Origin: an uncultured Bacteroidota bacterium
Lineage (GTDB): Bacteria; Bacteroidota; Ignavibacteria; Kryptoniales; Kryptoniaceae
Assembly: GCA_964438815.1 (NCBI GenBank)
Contig: CAYTKW010000007.1
Location: 19,025 to 51,024, forward strand
Direction of reading: 5' to 3'
DNA length: 32,000 nt
Made by a program: the position numbers and the translations under genes. The notes beneath the pieces are model-generated. The model saw only the letters and a program-made list of their open reading frames with translations. It was not told the origin of the DNA and ran no database searches. Below are positions 8,223 through 16,519 of this stretch, piece by piece. Every line of letters starts with the position of its first letter. The first letter of the stretch is position 1.

Positions 8223-9455
8223 ATGGAAGCAATTGGTGAAAGAGTCGTTAAGTTCTTTATCCCAGAAATAGGCGATGTTTACTTTAACCTTCAAAAGTAT
8301 TCAACAACGATTTCGGAGGAGCATAAATTTATTTATTACTTTGATGCAGAGGGAAGGTTTATGGGCGGGTTTTTCAATGGGATAAGCTATAGGCGTGGAC
8401 TTGATAATAGATTGATGAAAAAGTTTTTTGATGAAGATAAATTCAAGGTCAAAGTTTTCATCAATGACGCTGAAAAAAGAAAAGTGATTGAAAATGTGTT
8501 GAATAGAGTTTTTAAAATAAAAATGGCGTTGAATTTTAACAGAAACGCTCACGACATCATTGTAAGACTTGATGATATTTTGAGATGGAATTATGAAGAG
8601 CTTGAAAAAGATGGAATTAAGTTTTTTACAGTTTATAAACCGATAAGTATACTGCCACCGGACCAATATTTCTCACTTGTGTTGCAACCTGCTGAAGGTT
8701 GTTCTTGGAACAGATGCACATTTTGTAGTTTTTATCAAGATAGAAGGTTTAGAGTTAAATCTCCTGCGGAATTTCTTGAGCATGTTAAAAAAGTCAAGGA
8801 ATTCTTTGGAAAGTCAATTGGCTTGAGAAAGTCAATTTTTCTTGGTGATGCGAATGCTTTAATAATACCGCAGAAAAGATTGATTGAATTGATCAAAATT
8901 GTTCATGAGGAATTCCCGATAACGCAAAAGAGAGATGAATTTGATTATGTTTTTGATGGGATTTACTCATTTCTTGACATTTTCGGGGCTGAGAAAAAAA
9001 GTTTAGGTGAGTATTCCGAGTTAAAAGATTGGCAGGTTAAGAGAATTTACATTGGACTTGAAACTGGGGATGAGGAGTTATTTGGATATTTAAATAAACC
9101 TGGTTCACCCGAAGAATGTGTTGAGGTTGTCAGCACTATTAAAGAAGCTGGCATAAATGTTGGAGTGATAGTTCTTGCGGGCGCTGGCGGGATAAAGTTT
9201 TATGATAGGCATGTTCAAAAGACAATTGAGACAATTTTAAAAATGCCACTTGGCAGTGGCGATATCGTTTATATTTCTCCACTTGTCCTTGATAATGCTT
9301 ATGAATATGTGAAAATCATGGACGACATTGGGTCAAGGACTTTAGATAAATTTGAAGTTTCAAGACAAATACAAGAGATCAAAGATGAGCTTAAAGAACT
9401 TAACAAATTTGGATCTAAAGTTACACTTTATGATATACAAGAGTTCATTTACTAA
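8223..9455 (+). CDS. Radical SAM superfamily protein with non-canonical CX4CX2C cluster motif; function unknown
   Basis: 410 aa. AEGCSWNRCTFCSFY (Cys codons within 8700-8726) is followed by TIM-barrel-like elements FLGDANAL, IYIGLETGDEELF and GINVGVIVLAGAGG. The N-terminal ~150 aa contain no motif I recognise. Confidence 0.75.
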   Translation: MEAIGERVVKFFIPEIGDVYFNLQKYSTTISEEHKFIYYFDAEGRFMGGFFNGISYRRGLDNRLMKKFFDEDKFKVKVFINDAEKRKVIENVLNRVFKIKMALNFNRNAHDIIVRLDDILRWNYEELEKDGIKFFTVYKPISILPPDQYFSLVLQPAEGCSWNRCTFCSFYQDRRFRVKSPAEFLEHVKKVKEFFGKSIGLRKSIFLGDANALIIPQKRLIELIKIVHEEFPITQKRDEFDYVFDGIYSFLDIFGAEKKSLGEYSELKDWQVKRIYIGLETGDEELFGYLNKPGSPEECVEVVSTIKEAGINVGVIVLAGAGGIKFYDRHVQKTIETILKMPLGSGDIVYISPLVLDNAYEYVKIMDDIGSRTLDKFEVSRQIQEIKDELKELNKFGSKVTLYDIQEFIY

Positions 9456-9472
9456 AAAAGATAAATTTAGAA

Positions 9473-11011
9473 ATGGACTTTGATAAAGTTCGTGGCAATG
9501 TTGGCTTCTTTCTCGGTTTATTTTGCTTTTTCATAATACTTCTTTTACCAACACCTCAATCTTTCATTGAATATGCAAAGGCAAGAATTGGGGTTGACGA
9601 AATTAATTCAAATGTTTTAAATCTTTCATACAGTATGAAAATTACCTTTGCCCTTATGGTTTTGATGATAATATGGTGGATAACAGAGGCTGTTTCAATT
9701 CCAGTGACATCTCTTTTGCCTGGAGTTATTTTGCCGATGTTCCATGTTTATGGGTTTCAATCTGGAAGATTAGTTCCTCTTGATGGTAAAAGCGTGTTTT
9801 TGAACTACGCCAACCCAATAATTTTTCTTTTCCTTGCTGGTTTTATGATTTCTGGAGCGATGCAAAAGTGGGGGCTTGATAAAAGAATTGCGCTTTGGAT
9901 TCTCACTCGCGGAAATGTGGCTAAAAGCCCCGGGAAAGTTTTGTTTGGTTTAATCATTGCAACTGCATTTATTTCAATGTGGGTTTCAAATACTGCGACA
10001 ACTGCTATGATGTTGCCAATAGCCCTTGGGATATTAAATAAGCTTAATGTTGATTATAGCTCAAAGTATGCAAAGGCTGTGATGCTTGGTGTAGCTTATG
10101 CAGCTTCAATCGGGGGAATTGGAACGATAATTGGAACACCCCCAAATGGCATTGCAGTTTCTATACTTGAAAAGGAAGGAATTGCACATATAAATTTTTT
10201 AAAATGGATGATGTTTGGAGTTCCATTTGTAATTTTAGCTTTGCCAATTTTATGGGTTGTTTTAAAAGTTGTGTTTAAATTTGAATTGAAATTCGGGGAT
10301 GAAATTAAAGAGATACTTTTAAATGAGAAAAGTAAACTTGGAAAATTAACTCGTGCTGAGAAATTAACACTTACTGGATTTTCTATCACTGTCTTCTTAT
10401 GGATTACAAATCCATTTTGGAATTTGATACCTTTTGTTGGACAAAAGCTTGAATGGTTTGATGAGTATTTGATAGCTGTTTTTGGATGTATACTTTTGTT
10501 TATTTTACCCGTTGACTTTTCAAAAAGAAAATTTGTTCTTGATTGGAGTGATTCAAAGTATGTTGACTGGGGAACTTTGCTTTTGTTTGGCGGTGGGATA
10601 GCTCTTTCCGATGTTTTATTCAAAACAGGTCTTGCAAATGTGATGGCTAATGAATTTATAAAACTTTTTGGACACCCTTCGCCTGTATTACTTGTGTTTA
10701 TAGTTGTGATTTTTATGGAACTTTTAACTGAGGTGACATCAAACACAGCTGTGACATCAATGATGGTTCCAATTTTGATTTCAATTTCCTCAGGGCTTGG
10801 CATTAATTCTATCATTTTAGTTTTGCCAGCTACCATTGGAGCTTCAATGGCTTTTATGCTTCCTGTTGCAACTCCTCCAAATGCTCTTGTATATGGGACA
10901 AGATTTGTGACTTTGTTTGATATGTTAAAAGCAGGTTTTGTTCTTGATATAACTACTTGGATTTACATCGGCATTTTTTTCTTTTTAGTGTTTAACATAA
11001 TTGGATTTTGA
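9473..11011 (+). CDS. DASS / SLC13-family sodium-coupled anion (di/tricarboxylate or sulfate) symporter
   Basis: 512 aa and polytopic. It has two hairpin-tip SNT motifs (VSNTATTAMMLP and TSNTAVTSMMVP), each followed by a PPN motif (GTPPNGIA, ATPPNALV), as in VcINDY-type DASS transporters. It starts 17 bp after the radical-SAM stop. Confidence 0.9.
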   Translation: MDFDKVRGNVGFFLGLFCFFIILLLPTPQSFIEYAKARIGVDEINSNVLNLSYSMKITFALMVLMIIWWITEAVSIPVTSLLPGVILPMFHVYGFQSGRLVPLDGKSVFLNYANPIIFLFLAGFMISGAMQKWGLDKRIALWILTRGNVAKSPGKVLFGLIIATAFISMWVSNTATTAMMLPIALGILNKLNVDYSSKYAKAVMLGVAYAASIGGIGTIIGTPPNGIAVSILEKEGIAHINFLKWMMFGVPFVILALPILWVVLKVVFKFELKFGDEIKEILLNEKSKLGKLTRAEKLTLTGFSITVFLWITNPFWNLIPFVGQKLEWFDEYLIAVFGCILLFILPVDFSKRKFVLDWSDSKYVDWGTLLLFGGGIALSDVLFKTGLANVMANEFIKLFGHPSPVLLVFIVVIFMELLTEVTSNTAVTSMMVPILISISSGLGINSIILVLPATIGASMAFMLPVATPPNALVYGTRFVTLFDMLKAGFVLDITTWIYIGIFFFLVFNIIGF

Positions 11012-13258
11012 TTTATGAATTTTATATGCGATAAGTCCAGCAATTGTGATTGATACGACGCCTGATATAAAAATCAAATCTGCAGGAAGCCTTAACCATT
11101 CAATTAATTTCATTAGTTCATTTGACGCAAATTCCGAACTTCTCGCAAAGCGATATCCTTTCTCAATCACTGCTTTTAATTGTAAAATTCCACCTGGGAA
11201 TAATGTAAGAATTGACATCAAAGCAAGACCGACATTGAGCGTCCAGAAAGATGTTTTGACATACTTTTCAATCCTATCCCAATTTTTCTCGTCAAGAATT
11301 TGTCTCATTCCAAAAACTATTAGGGAGATAGCAAGCATTCCGAAGACGCCCATCATCGCAGTGTGACCATGGTTTGAGGTAAGCATTGTTCCGACTTCAA
11401 AATAACTGATTATTGGCAAATTTATTAAAAATCCGAAAATCCCAGCTCCAACAAAATTCCAGAACCCAACTGACATCAGGAAGTAAAATGTCCATTTATG
11501 TGGTATGTTAACTTTTTGCCCACATATATCACACTTTGTTGATGTTAGTTTTATAAAGTCCCATGCCTCAAGCGTTAGCAAAGTAAGTGGGACAACCTCC
11601 ATAGCTGAAAACATAGCACCAAGTGCCATCGTTATATTAGTTTGACCAGTCCAATACCAATGGTGACCTGTCCCGACTATTCCACTTCCAAGATAAAGTA
11701 AAGCATCAAGATATACAACCCTTGCAGCTGTCTTTGGGGAAATTATATCAAGTTTATAGAAGATTATAGCAACTATTGAAGTTAAAAACACTTCAAAAAA
11801 TCCCTCAACCCATAGATGAATTATCCAAAACCTCCAGGTATCAACTACTGTATAATGAGAACTGTGATTGAAAAATAGCGCTGGTGCGTAGAAGATTGGA
11901 ATAGCTATAGCGGAATATATAAATAGCGAAACAACCTCTTTAGTGTCGTTATCTTTGAGCCCTGGTCTGATGAGATTAATAAGTATGAATAACCAGATGA
12001 GAAGTGAAATTGCAAGCAAAATTTGCCATCCTCTTCCAAGGTCAAGATATTCCCATCCTTGATGACCAAATAAAAACCATAATTTACCCATTAAATTATT
12101 AACACCGAGATATTCACCCAACAAACTTCCTACAACAGTTATGAATAGGAGGGAAAATACGATATTTATCAATCTGACAAATTTTTCGTAATTAATTTTT
12201 TCAGCAAATGTTGATGCTATAAAAATTGCTCCACCAACATAAGCTATTGCAACCCAGAAAATAGCGAGCTGAATATGCCAAGTCCTTAAGATATTGCTTG
12301 GTAAAATGTTAAAAATTTTAAATCCGTAAAAACTTGTCGGGTCAGCCCTGTAGTGGGCAACTGCTCCACCAGCAAAAACTTGCAGGAGAAACAGAATTAA
12401 GGATACGACGAAAAATTTTAATGTTGAAGATTGAATTTGATTTGGTTCACCTGGAATTAAAGTTGGATGTGCATGTCCATCTTTACCTTTCCATCCGAGA
12501 TAGTCAAATCTACCAAATACGAAAAGTGCAAGGGCAAGCATTCCAAGAAGGGCGATGAGACTTAACGCGCTCCACATATATGCATCAAGCGTTGGCTTAT
12601 TTTCAAGCTCTGGGAAATAGGGGAAATTATTTGTATATGAATAATTTTTTCCAGGTCTATTTGCAACGGAAGCCCACGCTGTCCAGCTGAAGAAGGCAAC
12701 AAGGGAGCGTAATTCATCTTTATCTTGAATTAAGTTTTCTTTTAACCCAAAATTTAAACTTGGAACACCAAAATAATTTTCCCATGTCTTTATTTGCTTT
12801 GTAAAAGATAAAACTTCTGCATCTGTGTAAACTAAAATTCTGGTTTCCGAATTATATCTATTTGTTTTTAAAAGTTTGGCAACTTTATTCTTTATTTTTT
12901 CTTTATCTTCGTTATTAAGTTCTGAAAAATTTTTCCCGTATTCGGCTTTTGCCATAAATTCAATTGCATCATTATAAAGGTTATACAGGTATTCAGCTGA
13001 AAAATCCGGACCAAGGTATGCTCCATGACCCCATATCGTCCCATTTTCGTGCAAGCCATATTTCAAAAAGACTTCTTGTCCTTTTAATATGTCATCTTTT
13101 GTTATAATTGTATTTCCTTTTTCATCAATGATTTTCTCGGGGATAGGGGGTGCATCTGTATAAGATTTTACTGAAATAAATATCAAGACGCTAAAGCATA
13201 CTATAAATGTGATGATAGCGATATGCTTTAAAAGTGATTGATTTATTTGCTTTTCCAT
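10985..13258 (-). CDS. norB: Quinol-dependent nitric-oxide reductase (qNOR, single-subunit NorB/NorZ type)
   Basis: 757 aa. N-terminal TM helix plus periplasmic cytochrome-c-like remnant domain (GHGAYLGPDFSAEYL). Haem-copper oxidase core with HLWVEGFFEVF and GTGHHWYWTGQ. Its 3' end overlaps the convergent DASS gene by 27 bp. Confidence 0.92.
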   Translation of the reverse strand: MEKQINQSLLKHIAIITFIVCFSVLIFISVKSYTDAPPIPEKIIDEKGNTIITKDDILKGQEVFLKYGLHENGTIWGHGAYLGPDFSAEYLYNLYNDAIEFMAKAEYGKNFSELNNEDKEKIKNKVAKLLKTNRYNSETRILVYTDAEVLSFTKQIKTWENYFGVPSLNFGLKENLIQDKDELRSLVAFFSWTAWASVANRPGKNYSYTNNFPYFPELENKPTLDAYMWSALSLIALLGMLALALFVFGRFDYLGWKGKDGHAHPTLIPGEPNQIQSSTLKFFVVSLILFLLQVFAGGAVAHYRADPTSFYGFKIFNILPSNILRTWHIQLAIFWVAIAYVGGAIFIASTFAEKINYEKFVRLINIVFSLLFITVVGSLLGEYLGVNNLMGKLWFLFGHQGWEYLDLGRGWQILLAISLLIWLFILINLIRPGLKDNDTKEVVSLFIYSAIAIPIFYAPALFFNHSSHYTVVDTWRFWIIHLWVEGFFEVFLTSIVAIIFYKLDIISPKTAARVVYLDALLYLGSGIVGTGHHWYWTGQTNITMALGAMFSAMEVVPLTLLTLEAWDFIKLTSTKCDICGQKVNIPHKWTFYFLMSVGFWNFVGAGIFGFLINLPIISYFEVGTMLTSNHGHTAMMGVFGMLAISLIVFGMRQILDEKNWDRIEKYVKTSFWTLNVGLALMSILTLFPGGILQLKAVIEKGYRFARSSEFASNELMKLIEWLRLPADLIFISGVVSITIAGLIAYKIHKSKSNYVKH

Positions 13259-13322
13259 GTTAAACTGCGAATTTTGTTTTTGTTTTCAAATTAAAATTTA
13301 ATTTGATCTGCGGGTGAAAACA

Positions 13323-13336
13323 TTGACTTAAATCAG
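13323..13336. promoter_or_regulatory. Candidate CRP/FNR-family (Fnr/Dnr/NnrR-type) box TTGAC-TTAA-ATCAG
   Basis: 8 of 10 matches to TTGAT-N4-ATCAA. On the qNOR strand, a -10-like TAAATT (13300-13295) lies exactly 22 nt downstream of the box. That is the spacing of class II FNR promoters, with the box centred near -41.5. Confidence 0.35.
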
Positions 13337-13422
13337 GGTTTGGCAAAAGATGATGTGAAACTTGACTTTTTAATTTTGTTTTATTATATTTAGATTGAGT
13401 CTAAATAAAATATAAGCATGCG

Positions 13423-14343
13423 ATGAAGCTACTTCTTAGAACTATCTTGGCGGTGCTTGTGTTTGAGGTATCTGTTTCGCAAGGTGAAACCTATTATCTT
13501 ATGGGGACATATGCTTATATTGAGTTTCCAAGCAAAGAATGGAATCTCCTTGTATATAAATACCTAAGGGAGATTGAGTCTAAACTTTCAGATTTCATTG
13601 ACACATCTGAAATTTCTCTAATCAACTCAAGTGCTGGAAAAAATTTTGTAAAGGTCTCGGATATCACGATTGAGGTCATAAGGAAGTCAATTGAAGTATC
13701 TGAAAAAACATTTGGATATTTTGATGTAACGGTTGGGGCTTTGACGATTAATTCTAAAAGGTTGGGGAAAATAGATGAAGATTCAGCTCACAAGCTTGTC
13801 AATTTCAAAGATATAATCATCAGTGGTGATAGTGTTATGCTGGCAAAGGAAAGTATGGCGATTGACCTTGGTGGAATAGGTAAGGGGTTTGCGATTGAAA
13901 AAGTTTATCAGCGTTTTAGGACTGCGCGTGGCTTTGTTTCAATAGGTGGAGATATGAAAGTATGGGGGCATAAAAGGACGCTCGCAATTAAAGACCCAAT
14001 AAACGGTGGCTCTCTGGTTCAGATGGTGAATTCAAAAGATGTCAGCATTTCAACATCTGGAAATTACATAAAAAAACACATTCAAACGGAGGACGATGAA
14101 ATTATTCAAGTTACAGTTGCCCATGAAGATGCAACTTATGCTGATGCTTATGCGACTGCGCTTTTTGCAATGTCAAGAAGTGCACGAGAAAAATTTTTAA
14201 AGGAAAATAACCTTGCCGTTCTAATTTTGTATAAAGATGGTTCTATATATATGAGCGATAAATTTAAAGATTTCTTTGCAGTGATAATTTTCAGGGGTGG
14301 CGAAAAATATATTTCAAAAACAAAAAAGGAGAAGAAAAAATGA
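13423..14343 (+). CDS. apbE: FAD:protein FMN transferase (ApbE/Ftp family), secreted
   Basis: 306 aa. N-terminal signal peptide MKLLLRTILAVLVFEVSVSQG. ApbE motifs FGYFDVTVGAL, AIDLGGIGKGFAIEK, SIGGDMKVWG, LAIKDP and ADAYATALFAM. The segment that usually carries HxxDPxTG looks shortened. Confidence 0.85.
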   Translation: MKLLLRTILAVLVFEVSVSQGETYYLMGTYAYIEFPSKEWNLLVYKYLREIESKLSDFIDTSEISLINSSAGKNFVKVSDITIEVIRKSIEVSEKTFGYFDVTVGALTINSKRLGKIDEDSAHKLVNFKDIIISGDSVMLAKESMAIDLGGIGKGFAIEKVYQRFRTARGFVSIGGDMKVWGHKRTLAIKDPINGGSLVQMVNSKDVSISTSGNYIKKHIQTEDDEIIQVTVAHEDATYADAYATALFAMSRSAREKFLKENNLAVLILYKDGSIYMSDKFKDFFAVIIFRGGEKYISKTKKEKKK

Positions 14344-15881
14344 AGGGCTCAATAATCTTGAAAACATTTGCAATCATAAGCGCATTGTTAACATTATTTA
14401 ACTTAAACCTTATTTATGCTCAACAAGATAAAGGGCGAATAATTGGGCTCGTTATTGATGCTAAAACTGGCGAAGGACTTCCAGCAGTTAATGTAGTCGT
14501 AAAGGGAACACATTACAGCGCAACAACTGATTTTGATGGCAAATTTGAGATAAGAGATGTTAACCCAGGAATATATACGCTTGAAATTTTAATTATTGGT
14601 TATAAGAAGGTGACGATTACTGATGTTAAAGTTCGTCCTGGCGAGACCACAGATTTAAAGACTATAAAAATTGAAGAAATATCTGCAGGACTTGAACGGG
14701 AAATTGAAGCGTTAAAGGAAGAAATAAGACGGCTTCGCCTTGAGGTTGCTATGCCAGAAATAGAACTTAAGTCATACTTTGGACTTGGTCCGGCTGCGTC
14801 AAAAATTTACTATACCCCAAGAGGTCTTTCAATAGCAGGATATGGTGAGATAACATATGAAAATTATCTTGATAATTCTAAGACAGACCGCGGTGATGTG
14901 TTAAGGTTTATACCATATATCGGATATAAGTTCACAGAAAAAATAATTGTTAATTCAGAACTTGAAATTGAACATGCAGGAATTGGAAATGTTGGCAATA
15001 GGCAACCGGAAGTTTATGTTGAATTTTTATATGTTGAATTTTTAAACCCGAGGTTTAATTTGAGAACTGGTTTATTCCTTATCCCTGTAAGCAGTATGAA
15101 TGAATATCACGAGCCACCAGTCTTTTTTGCAACCTTAAGACCCGATGTTGAAAGATTTATAATACCAACTGTGTGGCGCGAAATTGGGGTTATGGCTTAT
15201 GGTGAGATAGCTCAAGGTTTGTCTTACAAGATTGCGTTGGTGAATGGTTTGAGAACTGATTTAATAGGTGATTGGATTAGCTCGGGAAGGCAAAGAGGAG
15301 CGAATGTTAATTTTGATAAATTTGCTGGAATAGTCAGAATTGATTTTAATGTAGTTAGAGGATTGAATTTAGGTGGCTCGGTTTATTATGGCAAAGGTAG
15401 CGATAAAAGTGGTGCAAGCGAAAAAGGAAGTGAGGAAGCAAAGTTTACTTTAATTACAGTTGAAGGTGAATACCAGTTTAAGAGTTTATTTTTGAAAGGG
15501 CTTTTTGCTTCGGGTAGAGCTGATGGGAATAATAGTTATAAATCCAAAGCTGGGCGAGCAAGTAAAGTCTATGGCTGGTATGTTGAAACAGGATATAATC
15601 TTATTCCATTGATTTCTCCTGAATCGCTCGTTTCGCTTTCGCCATTTGTAAGATACGAAAGGTATAATCTTAATCAAGGAGTTTTGACAGGAAATAATGA
15701 CTTATCAAAAGATAGGAGTGTGTTAACATTTGGACTTGATTTTAAGCCACATCCTCAAGTTGTAATCAAAGTAGATTATCAATTGCGTGATACGAAGTCA
15801 GGTTTTCCTGCAGGAAAGGGAACTGGCAAGGATGAATGGAAAATTAACCAGTTTAATCTTGGCATCGGATTTATTTTTTAA
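14340..15881 (+). CDS. Outer-membrane porin-like beta-barrel with an N-terminal carboxypeptidase-regulatory-like domain and a coiled-coil linker
   Basis: 513 aa. Signal peptide ending IYAQQ. CarboxypepD_reg-like segment GRIIGLVIDAKTGEGLPAVNVVVKGTHYSATTDFDGKFEIRDVNPGIYTLE. Heptad stretch LEREIEALKEEIRRLRLEV. Long amphipathic beta-strand region ending in the OMP signature ...NLGIGFIF. Its ATG overlaps the apbE stop (ATGA). Confidence 0.8.
   Translation: MKGSIILKTFAIISALLTLFNLNLIYAQQDKGRIIGLVIDAKTGEGLPAVNVVVKGTHYSATTDFDGKFEIRDVNPGIYTLEILIIGYKKVTITDVKVRPGETTDLKTIKIEEISAGLEREIEALKEEIRRLRLEVAMPEIELKSYFGLGPAASKIYYTPRGLSIAGYGEITYENYLDNSKTDRGDVLRFIPYIGYKFTEKIIVNSELEIEHAGIGNVGNRQPEVYVEFLYVEFLNPRFNLRTGLFLIPVSSMNEYHEPPVFFATLRPDVERFIIPTVWREIGVMAYGEIAQGLSYKIALVNGLRTDLIGDWISSGRQRGANVNFDKFAGIVRIDFNVVRGLNLGGSVYYGKGSDKSGASEKGSEEAKFTLITVEGEYQFKSLFLKGLFASGRADGNNSYKSKAGRASKVYGWYVETGYNLIPLISPESLVSLSPFVRYERYNLNQGVLTGNNDLSKDRSVLTFGLDFKPHPQVVIKVDYQLRDTKSGFPAGKGTGKDEWKINQFNLGIGFIF
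15015..15044 (+). repeat. Perfect in-frame 15-bp tandem duplication (TATGTTGAATTTTTA x2) inside the porin gene
   Basis: Read directly: 15015-15029 equals 15030-15044. It encodes YVEFL-YVEFL. Confidence 0.95.
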
Positions 15882-15907
15882 TATCTTTAAAAGCCATTGA
15901 GGTTCTC

Positions 15908-15935
15908 CGCCCGGGTTCTCCCGGGCGTGTTTTTG
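15908..15935 (+). terminator. Strong Rho-independent terminator after the porin gene
   Basis: Stem CGCCCGGG (15908-15915), loop TTCT, stem CCCGGGCG (15920-15927), then TGTTTTT. Confidence 0.85.
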
Positions 15936-16000
15936 AAATTAATATCCAAATGGATTAACCTTTGGTATAACGATTTAACGAAAAATTTAAAAAATTGATA

Positions 16001-16519
16001 ATGGCGCAATTAAAGGTTTTGACATTATTGCTCTCTTTGTTAATTCAAATTCAACAACCAGAAAAAGTTTTAAATGAAATTTATCTTGGTGCAAAAATTG
16101 AAGTTAAAAACATCATACTTTCAGATTCCCAACTTGAAAGAGTAAAAAAATTGTCGGGTGTGAAACTTGAAAGTAAGCTTATTACATTCTACCTTGTTAA
16201 GTATAATTCAAATATCAAATTCTATGGTTATGTTGACATTCACATTGTAAGAACTCATCCAGAGGTAGTTCTATATGTGCTTAACGAGAAAGGGGAAATT
16301 GAGTTAATTAAAATACTTTCGTTTAAGGAGCCACCTGAGTATATGGCTGATGAGAATTGGTTAAATTACCTGAAAGGGAAAACGCTTGAAAAAGATCTTT
16401 TAAGGTTGAGAAGGGATGTTCCGAACATGACAGGTGCGACTTTAACTGCGAAAGCGATAACTGATAACGCGAGGAAAGTTATAGCGCTGTGGGAAATAAT
16501 TTACGGTGATAAAAAATGA
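16001..16519 (+). CDS. Secreted FMN_bind-domain protein carrying an ApbE flavinylation site
   Basis: The track ORF starts at TTG 15995; I prefer ATG 16001. Hydrophobic N-terminus LKVLTLLLSLLIQI. C-terminal DVPNMTGATLTAKAI (16415-16447) matches the D-x3-[ST]-G-A-[TS] covalent-FMN motif of NqrC, RnfG and NosR. The candidate acceptor Thr codon is ACT at 16439-16441. Confidence 0.8.
   Translation: MAQLKVLTLLLSLLIQIQQPEKVLNEIYLGAKIEVKNIILSDSQLERVKKLSGVKLESKLITFYLVKYNSNIKFYGYVDIHIVRTHPEVVLYVLNEKGEIELIKILSFKEPPEYMADENWLNYLKGKTLEKDLLRLRRDVPNMTGATLTAKAITDNARKVIALWEIIYGDKK

Noticed and set aside
8149-8232. The 28-codon N-terminal extension of the DUF971 ORF in the track (MLPLVDLKFHFNFLFFKVNL...).
   Set aside because: The extension is low-complexity and would overlap the divergent radical-SAM start. 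The DUF971 domain begins right at the internal Met (MIYPTRIE...). I chose the start at 8148.
10096-10836. A 246-aa minus-strand ORF, long enough to look like a real gene.
   Set aside because: It lies entirely antisense to the DASS transporter, whose SNT/PPN motifs are unambiguous. Its translation has no recognisable motif. It is the typical shadow ORF of a hydrophobic-protein gene.
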